Below are positions 1 to 11,950 of a stretch of DNA of 64,000 bases, one piece after another (positions within the stretch are counted from its first letter, which is position 1; the number at the start of each line of letters is the position of its first letter). The notes beneath the pieces are model-generated. The model was not told the DNA's origin and searched no databases. It worked only from the letters and a program-made list of their open reading frames with translations. Origin of the DNA: Eledone cirrhosa (lineage: Eukaryota); contig OZ024740.1 in the NCBI GenBank assembly GCA_964016885.1, positions 51,336,001-51,400,000 of the forward strand. The letters are read 5' to 3'. The position numbers and the translations under genes were made by a program.

Positions 1-2250
1 GTCGTGGGAAGGCTCGCCCACACCGGTTGTCCGGTGAGGAATACGTAGAGATGCCGCAGCCTGAGCGCGTGTTTGCGCATTGTCAGCCACGGCATCCCCA
101 GCCCTCCGTTGGAAGGGCGTTGGCAGCAGATGGATCTTCTCACCATAGGAGCCCACCTCTTCCAAAGGAATTGGAAGAGCGCCGCTCCATTTTGGCGAGC
201 GTTTGGCTGGACAAGGCACGACGGTCAAGCGGTAGTAGATGGCGGACGCTATAAAAGTGTTCGCCACCTCCACTCGACCTTTCAAGGATAGTTTTCACTC
301 GGCCCATTTCTGGGTGAGCGCAAACACCTTGGCCGACACCTCTTTCCAGTTCTTCCCCACCTGGAGGTCCGGACCAAACCAGACCCCGAGCAGTTTTACT
401 GGTCCTTCCGTCCAGCGTCCGACGACGCCATCGGAAGGCATCGGTTTTCCCCTCCACGATCCGAGTTGCAAACCAATGGACTTGTTCCGGTTCAGCTTCG
501 CTCCTGTGAAACTTTCGTATTCCTTCAGTAAGGTGCCGACTTCCTCGATTTGCGAGGGGCTCGACACCATTACTGTCACGTCGTCGGCGTAGGCCGACGC
601 CGCTTTCCGCAGTCCCGGTTCCAGAGGGATGCCTTGCAATAGCTCCAACTTCCGCAGTAGTGGCTCGAGAGTCAATACGTACAGAAGGGAGGAGAGAGGG
701 CATCCCTGTCGAATGGATCGCGTGATATGGAACGGCTCCGAGAGGTAGCCGTTCACCTTAACTCTTGAGCGGATGTTGCTGTTATGCATTGCAGCAATCC
801 AGCCCCTGAACACGGGTCCGAAGCCTGCCGCCTCGAGCACCGCATCCAGGTAACGATGGTCAACCCTATCGAAAGCCTTAGACTGATCCAAGTTGATCAG
901 GGCCCCACCGAAGCCGGGTTTACACCCTATGCTCTCTATGATGTATCGCATGAGGTGGCGGTTGTCGTGTATGGACCTTGTCGGGATTGCGCATGTCTGC
1001 GCTTCTCCCACCAGGTTCCTGACGACAAGCGCCAGCCTCTTTGCCAACACCTTGGCCAAAATCTGTAACTCTGTGTTTAGCAGAGTTATGGGCCGGATGT
1101 TGCCTATTTATCTCCCCCTTATTCTCGTCCTTCCTGACTAGTGTGACTACGTCCCCGGTCACAGAACTGGAATTCTCCCGTTCTATTGCCAGTTGCAGTA
1201 GACCGCTTCCAGGAGACCGGAGAATAAGTCCGGCATTGCTACGTAAAATTCGTAGGGTAGATCGTCGAGACCTGGAGATTTGCGTTTGCCGCATTGGCTC
1301 AACGCGTCCCCTATCTCAGCGGCTGAAATCGGCTTTTCGCAGAACTTTGCCTCGCTGTCCGAGAGTCGCAGTAGGCCGTCGAGGTATGGACCGAAATCCA
1401 TAGCCCCTCCCGGCGCGCCGCCCTGCTCGAACAGCTGAGCAAAGTGCCGCTGAAAGGCCGCACACATCTGCTTCGGCTCACGTATCACGCGTCCGTTTTG
1501 GTCCTTCAAAGACCGAATCGTGGACTTGTTGCCACTTTTTGCCTCCGTCACTCGGGCCCAGCTAACAGCTTTGGCTCCCTCGTTTCCCAGAGCACGTATT
1601 TTGCTTCTGACAACGCAGCCCTCATGCTTTGCGTAGAAGAACTGGTCCAAGGCCGTTCTCGTTGCTAGCACGCTGGCTACGTTTCCACTTCTAATTGCCT
1701 CTTCTACTTTATCTACCAGTTCTTTCTCGGTTCTATTTCTATCTAACGCTAATTCTTTACTAAAAACTAACGAGTCTAATCTAACTGCCCTCTTGAGAGA
1801 GTACCACCATCTGTTGTTGACAATGGCCCCTGTCAAGTGCTGTTTAACTAAAGTATTAATCCGTCTACTGTAGGCTTTGCATGTCGGTAACGACAAGTTC
1901 AGCTTCCAGTAGCTGGGTCCTTGTCTATGTGTTCTATCAAGGTTGACCATGCAGGTCACTAGTTTGTGATCTGAATAGGCAACCATGAACATTTGTGGAC
2001 AGCTTAACATGTCCCTATCCTTATTTCTAACTAGAACCTTATCTAGGTACGATTTAGATGTTCCGCTACGATTAGTCAACGTCCACAGTGGCACAGTCGG
2101 AAAATCTAGTCCATATCTATCGGCCAGGTCAAATCGGCCGATTAACTGTTTGAGGATGTTACACCCCCCTTTATCGGGACATGCTCCCACATAGTCCCAA
2201 CGTGCATCTAGGATTCCATTCCAGTCCCCCACTAAAAGCAAGGAGCGGGA
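1..2250 (-). mobile_element. L1/Tx1-clade non-LTR retrotransposon ORF2 remnant (APE endonuclease + RT), frameshifted; continues past window start
   Basis: ORF 1183..2346 has APE motifs LLVGDWN, YLDKVLV, SDHKLV and KSPGLDDLPYEFY. ORF 295..1059 has LDQSKAFDRVDH, RQGCPLSSLLY, AYADDV and LLGVWF. GC-rich block ending at a (GATA)-like microsatellite near 2251. Confidence 0.92.
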
Positions 2251-2470
2251 CGTACAGACAGACAGATATAGATAGATAGGTAAGTAAGTAGGTAGATAGA
2301 CAAAATAGAAGCATATCATCATAGGTAATCTAAGCGGGATATACAATCACAATTTAACATGTTACCCGCGCCGAGGAAATGGAGGGGGTATGACAAGAAA
2401 TTGAAAAGTTTATTTACATAAAAATAATAAATAATAATAATAATGGTTTCTTTCTTTATTTATTAATAAT

Positions 2471-2787
2471 AATTGTTTCTACTTTTTGGCACAAGGCCAG
2501 CAATTATCCCAGTGTATTACTGGTACTTTATTTTATCGACCCCGTAAGGATGGAAGGCAAAGTTAACCTCGGCGGGATTTGAACTCAGTCTGTAAAGGGA
2601 CGTAACTGTGCTGCAAAGCATGGCGTCCGACCCTCTACCGATACTGCCAATCCACCGCATAATAATAATAATTGTTTCTACTTTTGGCACAAGGCCAGCA
2701 AATAGTCAGTGTATTACTGGTACTTTATTTTATCGACCCCGTAAGGATGAAAGACAAAGTTAACCTCGGCGGGATTTGAACTCAGAA
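2471..2787 (-). mobile_element. Two tandem tRNA-derived SINE copies (full length 2471-2658; 5'-truncated 2670-2787)
   Basis: Reverse complement of the full copy shows an A-box-like TGGCAGTATCGG, B box GAGTTCAAATCCC, central TTGCCTTYCATCCTTACGGGGTCGATAAAATAAAGTACCAG (Meta/MESC-like central domain, from memory) and an (ATT)n tail. Confidence 0.88.
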
Positions 2788-3489
2788 TGGCAATGAAATT
2801 ATTGTGTACAGTCCTCAGGAGCACTACAACGGATTTCGACATCTTTTTTTTTTGTTTTGTTTTTTTTTTGTTACAAAAACCGAACACTGGAAGATAAATA
2901 AATGATAGTCCGAAGAGTGACGTTGGTCTCTTATAGATGTAACGAATTTCAAAGAATTTTTACATTTTGCTTTTATTTCATTTTAAAGATCCCAAACACA
3001 TGATGTGTCACATCGTTGATTGCCCGACTTGTCGATAATGTTAGTGTGAGATATGTAGTGGATTTGAATGCGTGGAGATGGGAAGCGAATACTCAGAATT
3101 TTTTCGCCAGTGAAGTTAATCCTATCTCTCTCACGTGCCTTTTTTTCATGTCTCATATATGTCTAGTCAACTTCCTCAACACCACCACTACTACTGCCAC
3201 CATTATTACATCTACGTAATAAAGCAATTTCCGTAAATAAAAATACCTATGAGTAATAGCACTGATTATTCTGCGAAAATAAACAGTTTAGATATCTTTA
3301 TTCGCATTTCTTTATCAGATTGCTGTTGGTGCATATCTTGATCACTGTGACAGAAACTTGTTGAATAACTGTTTAGATAGTTTTAAACAGTACTGATGAA
3401 ATTCTGATAAATATCTCAGAATATGCCATAAAGAAATTCCTGAACTCACAATCTTATTCCTTCTTTAAAAAAATTGAGACATTCGGTCC

Positions 3490-4335
3490 AATTGAGAAAA
3501 AGTATGATAAATTTATAGAACACCCCCTTCGATTTCAGTATGAAAAAAATGTTTTCCCCTTTTTTTTTATCGTGTGCTATCAACTAACCTGACATTCAAG
3601 ATGCTCGCAATCGACTTTTTTTTTCAGGACAACGGACCCATCGGAGTTTTTTCTAGGAATTTTTTTTTTTTCGCGTGTTAACGACTTCCAAGTCAGTCGG
3701 AAACGACTAACTTTGTAGAAAAGGTGGGGTGAAAAGAGGCGGAAAGACCATCAGAGTTTCGCAGATCTACAGCCCCGTGCGTTTCGTGGGAAATAATTAT
3801 TTATCTTCGTTGTTTTTTCGTGTGCTATCAACTAATTTGACCTCCAAGGTGCTCGCAATCGATTTTTTATCTCGGAAAACGGCTAACCCTAACGTCGGAA
3901 AAAAAGTACATAGCGAGCATCTTGGAGGTCAGATTAGTTGATGTATGTGTGTATGTATGTATGGTCCCGTAACTCCTGACAGAGCTGCAGAGGCGCCGTA
4001 TTGGCATTTTAAACCTAGCGGAGCCTATCCCTCTCCAGGCCTGAATACAGCAGATAGAAAGTAAGAGAAGGGAAATGAGAAAGAGATTTAGAGGAAGAAT
4101 CGACCCCAGTACTAGACAAGTACTTTTTTTATCGACATCGAAAGGATGAAAGCCAAAGTTGACCTCGACGGGATTTGAACTCAGAGATACAGAACGAATA
4201 CCATAAAGCATTCTATCCGACGTTCTAATGACTCTGCTAATTCACCGCCTATAGATAGCACACGAAAAAAAAAAGCAGAGGAACATTTTTTTTCCTACTG
4301 AAATCGAATCATGTGTTCAATAATAATACCAAAAG
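3490..4335. mobile_element. Foldback/MITE-like element with long imperfect inverted repeats, interrupted by a SINE
   Basis: 3500-3617 (gaacacccccttcgatttcagtatg...cgtgtgctatcaactaacctgacattcaagatgctcgc) is inverted relative to 3912-3941 plus 4255-4330. Internal direct copy at 3819-3865. Confidence 0.6.
3943..4250 (-). mobile_element. tRNA-derived SINE, long-3'-region subfamily (related copies 10385-10670 +, 49865-50075 -)
   Basis: B box and central domain variant CATCCTTTCGATGTCGATAAAAAAAGTAC; shared 3' segment ctgtrttcagrcytggaga. Confidence 0.75.
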
Positions 4336-4555
4336 TATTCCAATGTATGATTTATTCATTTAAAGCAACTCTAGATGGAAGTTCAATGGAAGTAAGCTTT
4401 CGAGCGCCGCGATGGGTTGTTGTTTTTTTACGTCGGTATCCTGAGAAAGCCATCTAAATTATCTAAAAAAATATTTATATTCTATGTTATTTCGTCATCG
4501 AGACAAAGGAAGAGTTGTAACTGGCCCAGTCACATGGTTGATGACATTTCACTTA

Positions 4556-4915
4556 CTCTCGGATCTCGAATAACCCTCGCCCCCCAGCTTATTAATTTTT
4601 CAAATAATTCCCCCCAACTTATTAAAATTTTCTAATCTATTTCCGGCAAAATTTTATTTTAAGTGGTAGCATTCCTGCCACAATTAATTTTCTTTACGTA
4701 TTAAAAAAACATTATGTATAACAAAAACAAGTATGATACATTAGAAATCCCATACGTTATAAAATAAATAGGATGGGTTGGGGGGTCTCAATATGTAAAC
4801 TAAATGACTAATTCTGTTGTTTCGTTTTTTTAAAATCAATGGAGACAACCTACAAAAATTACCTATAGCCGTTTACACCCCCCCCCTCCCTTCCATTATT
4901 TGGGACCTGAGAGTG
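4556..4915. mobile_element. MITE with terminal inverted repeats (second copy 50396-50735 in opposite orientation)
   Basis: Termini ctctcggatctcgaataa / ttatttgggacctgagag. Internal 4620-4790 matches the reverse complement of 50490-50660. Confidence 0.7.
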
Positions 4916-4933
4916 CATTTAATTCTATGCTAG

Positions 4934-4997
4934 GCAACGTTCATCACTGGATGCAACACAAGCATATATAACCGACGATTAGATAACTGCATATTTA
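4934..4997 (+). CDS. Putative upstream coding exon of the mucin-like gene (ATFITGCNTSIYNRRLDNCIF)
   Basis: ttctatgctag| acceptor, open 64 nt, A|gtaagt donor in phase 1, matching the phase-1 acceptor at 9014. Non-repetitive sequence. Confidence 0.55.
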
Positions 4998-5299
4998 GTA
5001 AGTTTTGTTCAGCCAAAACTGAACACATTTTTCTGGATTGCACCAGTGGGTAATAGTGTAGTTGGCAGATCCCACCCAGTTAACAGTACTACATTGCAAT
5101 GACAACAGAAGTTCATGGTTCTTAGAGGGCACCTTAACAAATTTCCCATATTTTATGGTTGTGTTCCACAACCATACATGGACACTGTGACCTCTGTCTC
5201 TTGGCTGGAACAAAAATAAATAAATAAAAATGCCTACAACATGGTGTTAATGTACCTTAGACTATGTGGCACCTGTAGTAGAGCTCTAATGTTAGATTC

Positions 5300-6265
5300 A
5301 TTTGTGAGTTATAAGTCTAGCTTGTGTGATTAACATGATATATTGCAAATCACTGCTGTAATATGACGGGATTAGCTTTGGTGGCTGGCATAATATATAG
5401 AAATGACTGTTGTGATAAGATAGAGTTAGCTTGTGTGGCTGGCATGATATATCAGAAATGACGGCGGTGATAAGGTTAGCTTGTATGGCAGCCATGATAT
5501 ATCGTAAATGACTGCGGTGATAAGGTTAGCTTGTGTGGCTGGCCTGATATATCAGAAATGACTGCGGTGATAAGGTTAGCTTGTATGGCGGCCATGATAT
5601 ATCAGAAATGACGGCGGTGATAAGGTTAGCTTGTATGGCGGCCATGGTATATCGTAAATGACTGCGGTGATAAGGTTAGCTTGTGTGGCTGGCCTGATAT
5701 ATCAGAAATGACTGCGGTGATAAGGTTAGCTTGTATGGCGGCCATGATATATCAGAAATGACGGCGGTGATAAGGTTAGCTTGTATGGTGGCCATGATAT
5801 ATCGTAAATGACTGCGGTGATAAGGTTAGCTTGTGTGGCTGGCCTGATATATCAGAAATGACTGCGGTGATAAGGTTAGCTTATGTGGCTGGCATGATAT
5901 ATCAGAAATGACTGCGGCGATAAGGTTAGCTTATGTGGCTGGCATGATATATCAGAAATGACGGCGGTGATAAGGTTAGTTTGTGTGGCTGGCCTGATAT
6001 ATCGTAAATGACTGCGGTGATAAGGTTAGCTTGTGTGGCTGGCCTGATATATCAGAAATGACTGCGGTGATAAGGTTAGCTTGTGTGGCTGGCCTGATAT
6101 ATCAGAAATGACTGCGGTGATAAGGTTAGCTTGTGTGGCTGGCCTGATATATCAGAAATGACTGCGGTGATAAGGTTAGCTTATGTGGCTGGCATGATAT
6201 ATCAGAAATGACTGTGATGGTAAGGTTAGCTTGTGTGGCGGCCATGATATATCAGAAATGACTGC
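5300..6265. repeat. 50-bp minisatellite, about 16 well-conserved units plus degenerate edge
   Basis: taaggttagc recurs at 5471, 5521, 5571 ... 6171, ~6221; unit ~gatatatcagaaatgactgcggtgataaggttagcttgtgtggctggcct. Confidence 0.95.
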
Positions 6266-6269
6266 AGGG

Positions 6270-7482
6270 ATGGGAAGAGTACCTTGATCATTCATCTGGT
6301 GGTCCTTAAAGAAACTAGCTATAGAAGTGTGTGGCTTGTAAGAACAGTGAAAGCCATGAACAGAGGAGCTGTAAGTAAAATGAGAATAGGAAATGAGTTT
6401 AGTGAAGAATTCAAGGTAAGGGTAGGAGTGCATCAGGGTTCAATTCTTTGTCCATTCCTGTTTATCCCAGTCCTCCAAGCCATAACAAAAGAGTTTAAGA
6501 CTAGGGAACTGCCAATGATCTGGTCCTTATACCTGAATCTGTGGAAGAACTAGAGAATATATTCCAGCTGTGGAAACAGAACTTAGAATCAAAAGGGTTT
6601 AGAGTAAATTTAGCAAACACCAAAATGTTAAATGAGTAGGAGAGAAGATAGGGCATTTATCTCATCAGAGAAGTGGCATTGTTCAATATGTAGAAAAGGA
6701 TTAGGCATAAACTCTATATGATCTACAAAATGCAAATATTGGGTATACTAGAGGTGTAGTGAGATAACAGGCAGACTAACAAGGAAAGTAAGACTTTGTA
6801 TGTAATAGATGTTCAGGGTCAGTTGATAGTAAGAGTGCCAATAATAAAATCAATAATATAAACCTTTCCAATCCCAGGAAAGATTCATAGAAGTGGTTGA
6901 TAGTTTCTGCTACCTAGGTGATATAATTAGCAGTGGATGAGGGTGCTCGGAGAGCATAGCAGCTGAAATGAGGACATGATGGAAGAATCGTAGTGAACTG
7001 CTACCCCTGCTAACAACAAAAGTTTTATCTCTATGAATAAAAAGTTGGCTGTATGACACCTGTGTATGGAGTGCCATGCTGTATGGTAATGAGACATGGC
7101 AGTGAATGCAAAGGGCATGCAAATGGAAGAGAAATGAGGGATGCATGCTTCGATAGATGTGCAATGTTAATGTGTGAGAATGTCAATGCATGGATGAACT
7201 GGGGGAAAAACTGGGTATATGAGGAATCAGAAGTAGTGTGCAGGAGAGGAGACTGTGTTGGTATGGACGTGATATACATGGATGATGATCGCTGAGTGAA
7301 GAAGTGCCAAGTAATCTCAGTGGAAGGAAGTTGCAGTAGAGGAAGACTTGGATAGAAGTGATGAGAGGTGATCTCAGATAACTAAAGATCATAGAGAAGA
7401 TGACAAAGGAACACTGAAACTAATGAGAAGGGCCCATCCAACCCATACAAGTGTGGACCAATGAATGTAAATAGATGATGAT
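6270..7482 (+). mobile_element. Degenerate 5'-truncated RTE-clade LINE
   Basis: EEFKVRVGVHQGSILCPFLF, remnants of KWHCSICRKG and FCYLGDII, ending in a gatgatgat tail; many stops. Confidence 0.85.
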
Positions 7483-7487
7483 ATATA

Positions 7488-7870
7488 TCATCATCATCAT
7501 CATCATCATCATTTTACGTCCGCTTTTCCCTGCTTGCAAGGGTGGGACTGATTCTGGCTTGATTTCGACAGCTGGATGCCCTTCCTAACACCAACCTCAT
7601 TTACAGTGAGTGCTGGGTACTTTTTTTCCGTGGCGTCTACACGTCCACTTTACAGTGTGGGCTGGGTGCTTTTTTGCCGTGGCACCTCCACGACCACTTT
7701 CCAGTGGAATGATAGGGAACCCAGTCCTATCATCTCATTTCTACAGCTGAGTAAACTGGAGCAATGTGAAATAAAGTGTCTTGCTCAAGGAAACAACACA
7801 TCACCCGGTCTGAGAATTGAACTTACAACATTGCAAGGCCAATGCTCTAACCACTAAGCCATGTGCCTCC
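7488..7870 (-). mobile_element. RTE 3'-end fragment (7488-7700) followed by a second-family tRNA SINE 5' half (7740-7870)
   Basis: (ATC)n tail + ttttacgtccgcttttcc, ctggatgcccttcctaacaccaacc (near-identical to 21524-21800); gctgagtaaactggagcaatgtgaaataaagtgtcttgctcaagg SINE body. Confidence 0.7.
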
Positions 7871-7902
<32 letters not shown>

Positions 7903-8109
7903 TAGAAAGTGAGGTTTTTTTTTTTACAAATTGAAAAATAACCGAGGTGTCCTACACGAGTGAAAGTATAAAGAAAAAGAGATGAAATCGAAAATGCAAC
8001 TGGAGTCTTATTTTTTTTTTTAAATATATATATTTATTTGGTTCCTTTACCGGTTTCGCAGTTCATAAAAATCCAGCCAAAACAGAGGTCCTGTTATGTG
8101 GAAAGTTCA

Positions 8110-8905
8110 ACACGCTCAACTGGTCAGACCTCCCTCATAACTTGCCCACCCATTTTCCAAATATGGTTCTGCTATGAGCAGGGTATGGCGTGACCAACTG
8201 ACCAGACACTCCTCATAACTGGACCACTCAATTCCACACTGTAAACGTGGTTAGTGTTAGGAAGGACATCTAGCAGCTGAAATGTGGTCTGGTATGAGCA
8301 TGGTATGGTGTGGCCAAATGGACAGACTTGCCTCATAAGTGGGACCATCCAGTTACACACTGTAAATGTACTTGGTGTTAGGAAGGGCACCCGGCAGCTG
8401 TAAAAACCTAGCCAAATTAGCAAGATCTGGTGTGGCAAGACTTTCCTCACAACGGGAACACCCAGTTCCACACTGTAAACGTGGTTTCTGTTAGGAAGGA
8501 CATCTAGCAGCCATAACAATTCAGCCAAGTCATGGTCCCTTATGAGCAATATACATCACGGCCAACTGGCCAGACATGCTTCATAAGTGTGATCATGCAG
8601 TCTTACCCTATAAATGAGGTTGGTGTTAGGAAAGGCATCTAGCAACTGTAAATTAGCAAGGTTCCATGCAGCCAACTGACCAGACCTACTTCATTACAGG
8701 CCCACCCAGATCCCAAATATGGATCTGCTTATGTGCAGGGTACAGCACAGCCAATTGGCCATACCCCTTTCATAATAGGACCACCCAGTTCCACATTGTA
8801 AGCATGGTAGGAGTTAGGAAGGGCATCCATCTGTAAGAAACCATTTGAGCAAGGTATGGTGTAGCCAAATGGCCAGACCCTCCTCATAACGGGACCACCC
8901 AGTTA
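8110..8905 (+). repeat. Degenerate tandem array (~120-bp period) of an RTE 3'-UTR-like module
   Basis: Recurring cctcataa...ccacccagttccacactgtaaa...ggtgttaggaagggcat at ~8210, 8330, 8445, 8580, 8770. The same module occurs in the RTE 3' UTR at 24455-24510. Confidence 0.65.
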
Positions 8906-9013
8906 AATTTTTTTAATTTGCTATACATATATATATATATGTATATATGTGTGTATGTATGTGTGTCTGTCTGCCTGTCTTATATATATTATCAATTCAT
9001 ATTTGTTTTTTAG

Positions 9014-10085
9014 AAAATGGGATACACACTGCACTAACAATGTCATCACCATCATCCAAATCAGTAACAACAACAACAATACCAACAACAACGCCATCAA
9101 TGACTAAACCTCATCACACTGTAATTTCGACGGCTACCCCTATAAACTTGATTGAAGGATCTACCTCAAGATTTTTAACTACTCAACCTACTACAGTGAA
9201 AACATCGATCTCGCCTTCCGTTCTAACTGTAAATAACCAAACAAATCTTTCGAACCCTTCGACTATTTCACTCAAAGAAACTACCTCAAGCCATCATTCT
9301 ACAACACATTTTGCGAATGAATTTTTTACAAGTGAGGCACTTCTATCTAAAATTGAACAATCCAAGAGAAATAGCGTATCTCTCCAGACAACTAAACTAA
9401 AGCATCCGGTTAGTTCTTTCCTCACATCATCGTTTGTAAACAGGAGTACTTTGATTTTGACTTCAGTTTTGACTTCAGTTTCAACATCACCTGCAACTTT
9501 ACCTTCAACATCACCTGCAACTTTCTCTTCAACATCACCTGCAACTTTACCTTCATCATCACCTGCAACTTTGCCTTCAGCGTCACCTACAACTTTGCCT
9601 TCATCATCACCTGCAACTTTGCCTTCAGCGTCACCTACAACTTTGCATTCAACATCACCTGCAACTTTGCCTTCAGCGTCACCTGTAACCTTGCCGTCTA
9701 CGTCACCTGCAACTTTACCTTCAATGTCACCAATAAATTTGCCTTCAACATCACCTGTAACCTTGCCTTCTACATCACCTGCAATTTTACCTTCAACGTC
9801 ACCAACAAATTTGCCTTCAACATCGACTGCAACTTTGTCTTCAACCTCATATTCAGCTAATACTCTGACTTCAAGAGGGCAAGAAGAAATGCAATCTACT
9901 GATCTATCATCAGTTGTATCTACAAGCACAGCTGATACAACACAAACAGAATGGAAAAATATTAGTACCAAACAGTCGGTTTCAGAATCTCAAACATTAA
10001 CAACTGAAGAGCAAGTGGCTACGGGAATATGTGTTCCACTCTTTGTCCTTAGCATTCTGGGTTTAATATATTTCTTTTACAAACG
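9014..10085 (+). CDS. Main exon of a single-pass mucin-like membrane glycoprotein (S/T/P-rich ectodomain + TM helix)
   Basis: ttttttag| acceptor, 1072 nt open, ~15 SPATLPS(T/S/A) repeats, TM VATGICVPLFVLSILGLIYFFY followed by KR, CG|gtaagt donor in phase 2. Confidence 0.88.
9481..9845 (+). repeat. Coding 24-bp tandem repeat (8-aa mucin unit)
   Basis: tcaacatcacctgcaactttrcct-like unit repeated about 15 times in frame. Confidence 0.93.
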
Positions 10086-10123
10086 GTAAGTTTATCACTT
10101 TTAATACAAGTGTTTTGCTTTAA

Positions 10124-10294
10124 CCCTTTAGCATTTAAACCAGCCATATGCAGCCAATCTTTCTTGTCACACCAGCAATAACTGACTGCTCATACTGATG
10201 TTAAGCTATTGTTCGTAGATTTTATATTATGTGAGGTAAAGCCTTTTCTGTGAAAATACAATAGTAAATATATAGTAATGTAAATGCTAAACGG
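10124..10294. mobile_element. piggyBac-like MITE (TTAA-flanked)
   Basis: TTAA|ccctttagcattta ... taaatgctaaacgg|TTAA; sibling at 39321-39515. Confidence 0.75.
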
Positions 10295-10802
10295 TTAAAC
10301 AAATAAAATACAAATTTCATAAATACATATATATCTATAGTAATAACTGATTTCCCCACAACTTTGAAAATCATTTCTTTACAGGAAGAAAGCAGTCAGA
10401 TAGAATTGTTTGCATTATTCATTTCAGCTCTTTGCACTCTGAGTTTAAATCCTGCCGAGGTCAACTTTGCTTTTCATCCTTTCGACATCGATAAAAAAAA
10501 TAAAAGTACCAGTCCAGTACTAGGGTCGAATCTTCTCCACCTCTTTCTTTCTTTCTCTCTGTATGAAAGGAATCAGCTGTGTTCAGACTTGGAGAAAGGA
10601 TAGACTCCACCAGGTTTAACATGCCCAAGAAACGCTGTATGTCACTATAGTGCCTCTATGAGTCCACCACTAGTTATACAGGAAGATATATTATTCTTAT
10701 TGTTATGAGACTCATTTTCCCTGCTATAGAAGAGATGGTTATGTGAGTTACACTGTATAGGGGGAAATATATATTAAATATTTCTTTGATATTAATACAG
10801 TT

Positions 10803-10965
10803 GGGAAGGCATGTGACTTTGTGGTCAGGGTATTCGGTTTAAGATCATATGGTCGTGAGTTCGATTCTCAGAGGCACATTGTGTCCTTCAGCAATACACT
10901 TTGTTTAACGTTGCTCCAGTCCACTCAACTGGCAAAAATGAGTTGTACCTGTAATTCAAAGCCAA
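10803..10965 (+). mobile_element. Second-family tRNA SINE 5' part (3'-part fragment at ~12385-12570)
   Basis: gagttcgattctc B box; ttgtgtccttcagcaatacactt...gttgctccagtccactcaactggcaaaaatgag body. Confidence 0.7.
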
Positions 10966-11439
10966 TTATTTATTGGTATGCTAATTCAGTTTCAGACTTA
11001 GTACATTTGTTTTGAATTCAGAAAGAATTTTAATGATAATAAAATTTGAAATGCGAAAACAGTTTTAATGTTTATAATATTTATGTTATAATAATGACTT
11101 ATTGAGAAAATAACATCAAAGAAAACTTGTTCATTTGTCACTAAATAGACTCTAACAGATAGGTAAAGAACAAACATTCTGAAGTTCCTTGCATTGCTCT
11201 ATATTTACATTTGGCAAATGATTTTGAACCAACAATGTGTTTTAGTGTGAATCTCAGCATTCACTGTGAATCTCAGCATTCACTGGATTAACAAAATTTG
11301 ATGAATGACTCACCATAAAATAGTTCAGCAGTATAAAGAAAGTAAAGTAATAAGTGATGAATTTGAAACTCAATGTAGAAATGATGAAAAAATACCCTTT
11401 CTTTACTGCAAATGCTTTCTGATTTAGACACAAAGCCAA

Positions 11440-11950
11440 CATTTTTTGGGGTGGTGGGAGAAGTTGATTAAATCAACCCCAGTGCATTACTGGTACTTTA
11501 TTTTATCAACCCCGTATGGATGAAAGGCAAAACTAACCTCAACAGGATTTGAACTCAGAATGTAAAAGGACATAATTATATGCCGCAAAGCGTGTTGTCT
11601 GACATTCTACGGATACTTTCAATTCACTGCCCTCAAATCCACAAATAGTAATAATAAATATTTCTACTTTAGGTGCAAGGCCAGCAATTTGAAAGGGAGG
11701 GGAAAGTCGGTTGAATCGACCCCAGTGCTTACTGGTACTTTATTTTATCAACCCCATAAAGATGAAAGGCAACGCTAACTTCAGCAGGTTTTGAAATCAG
11801 AACGTATAGCGAAGCATGGTGTCCGGCTCTCTACCGATACTGCCAATCCACTGCCCTACAAATAATGTTTCTACTTTTGGCACAAAGCCAACAATTACTC
11901 CAGTGCATTACTGGTGCTTTATTTTATCGACCCCGTAAGGATGAAAGGCA
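11440..11950 (-). mobile_element. Cluster of three SINE copies or fragments
   Basis: Three repeats of cagtgcwttactggtrctttattttatcracccc...gatgaaaggcaa separated by AAT-rich tracts. Confidence 0.85.

Noticed and set aside
5300-6265. Regular repeat array resembling CRISPR
   Set aside because: Contiguous 50-bp units with no unique spacers, no cas genes, and a eukaryotic context.
8947-9013. ORF-track N-terminus MCVCMCVC as a signal peptide
   Set aside because: Derived from a (TG)n microsatellite upstream of a clear splice acceptor.
9294-9971. 225-aa antisense ORF of DVEGKVAG repeats
   Set aside because: It is the mirror of the 24-bp mucin repeat; splice sites and the TM helix support the + strand.
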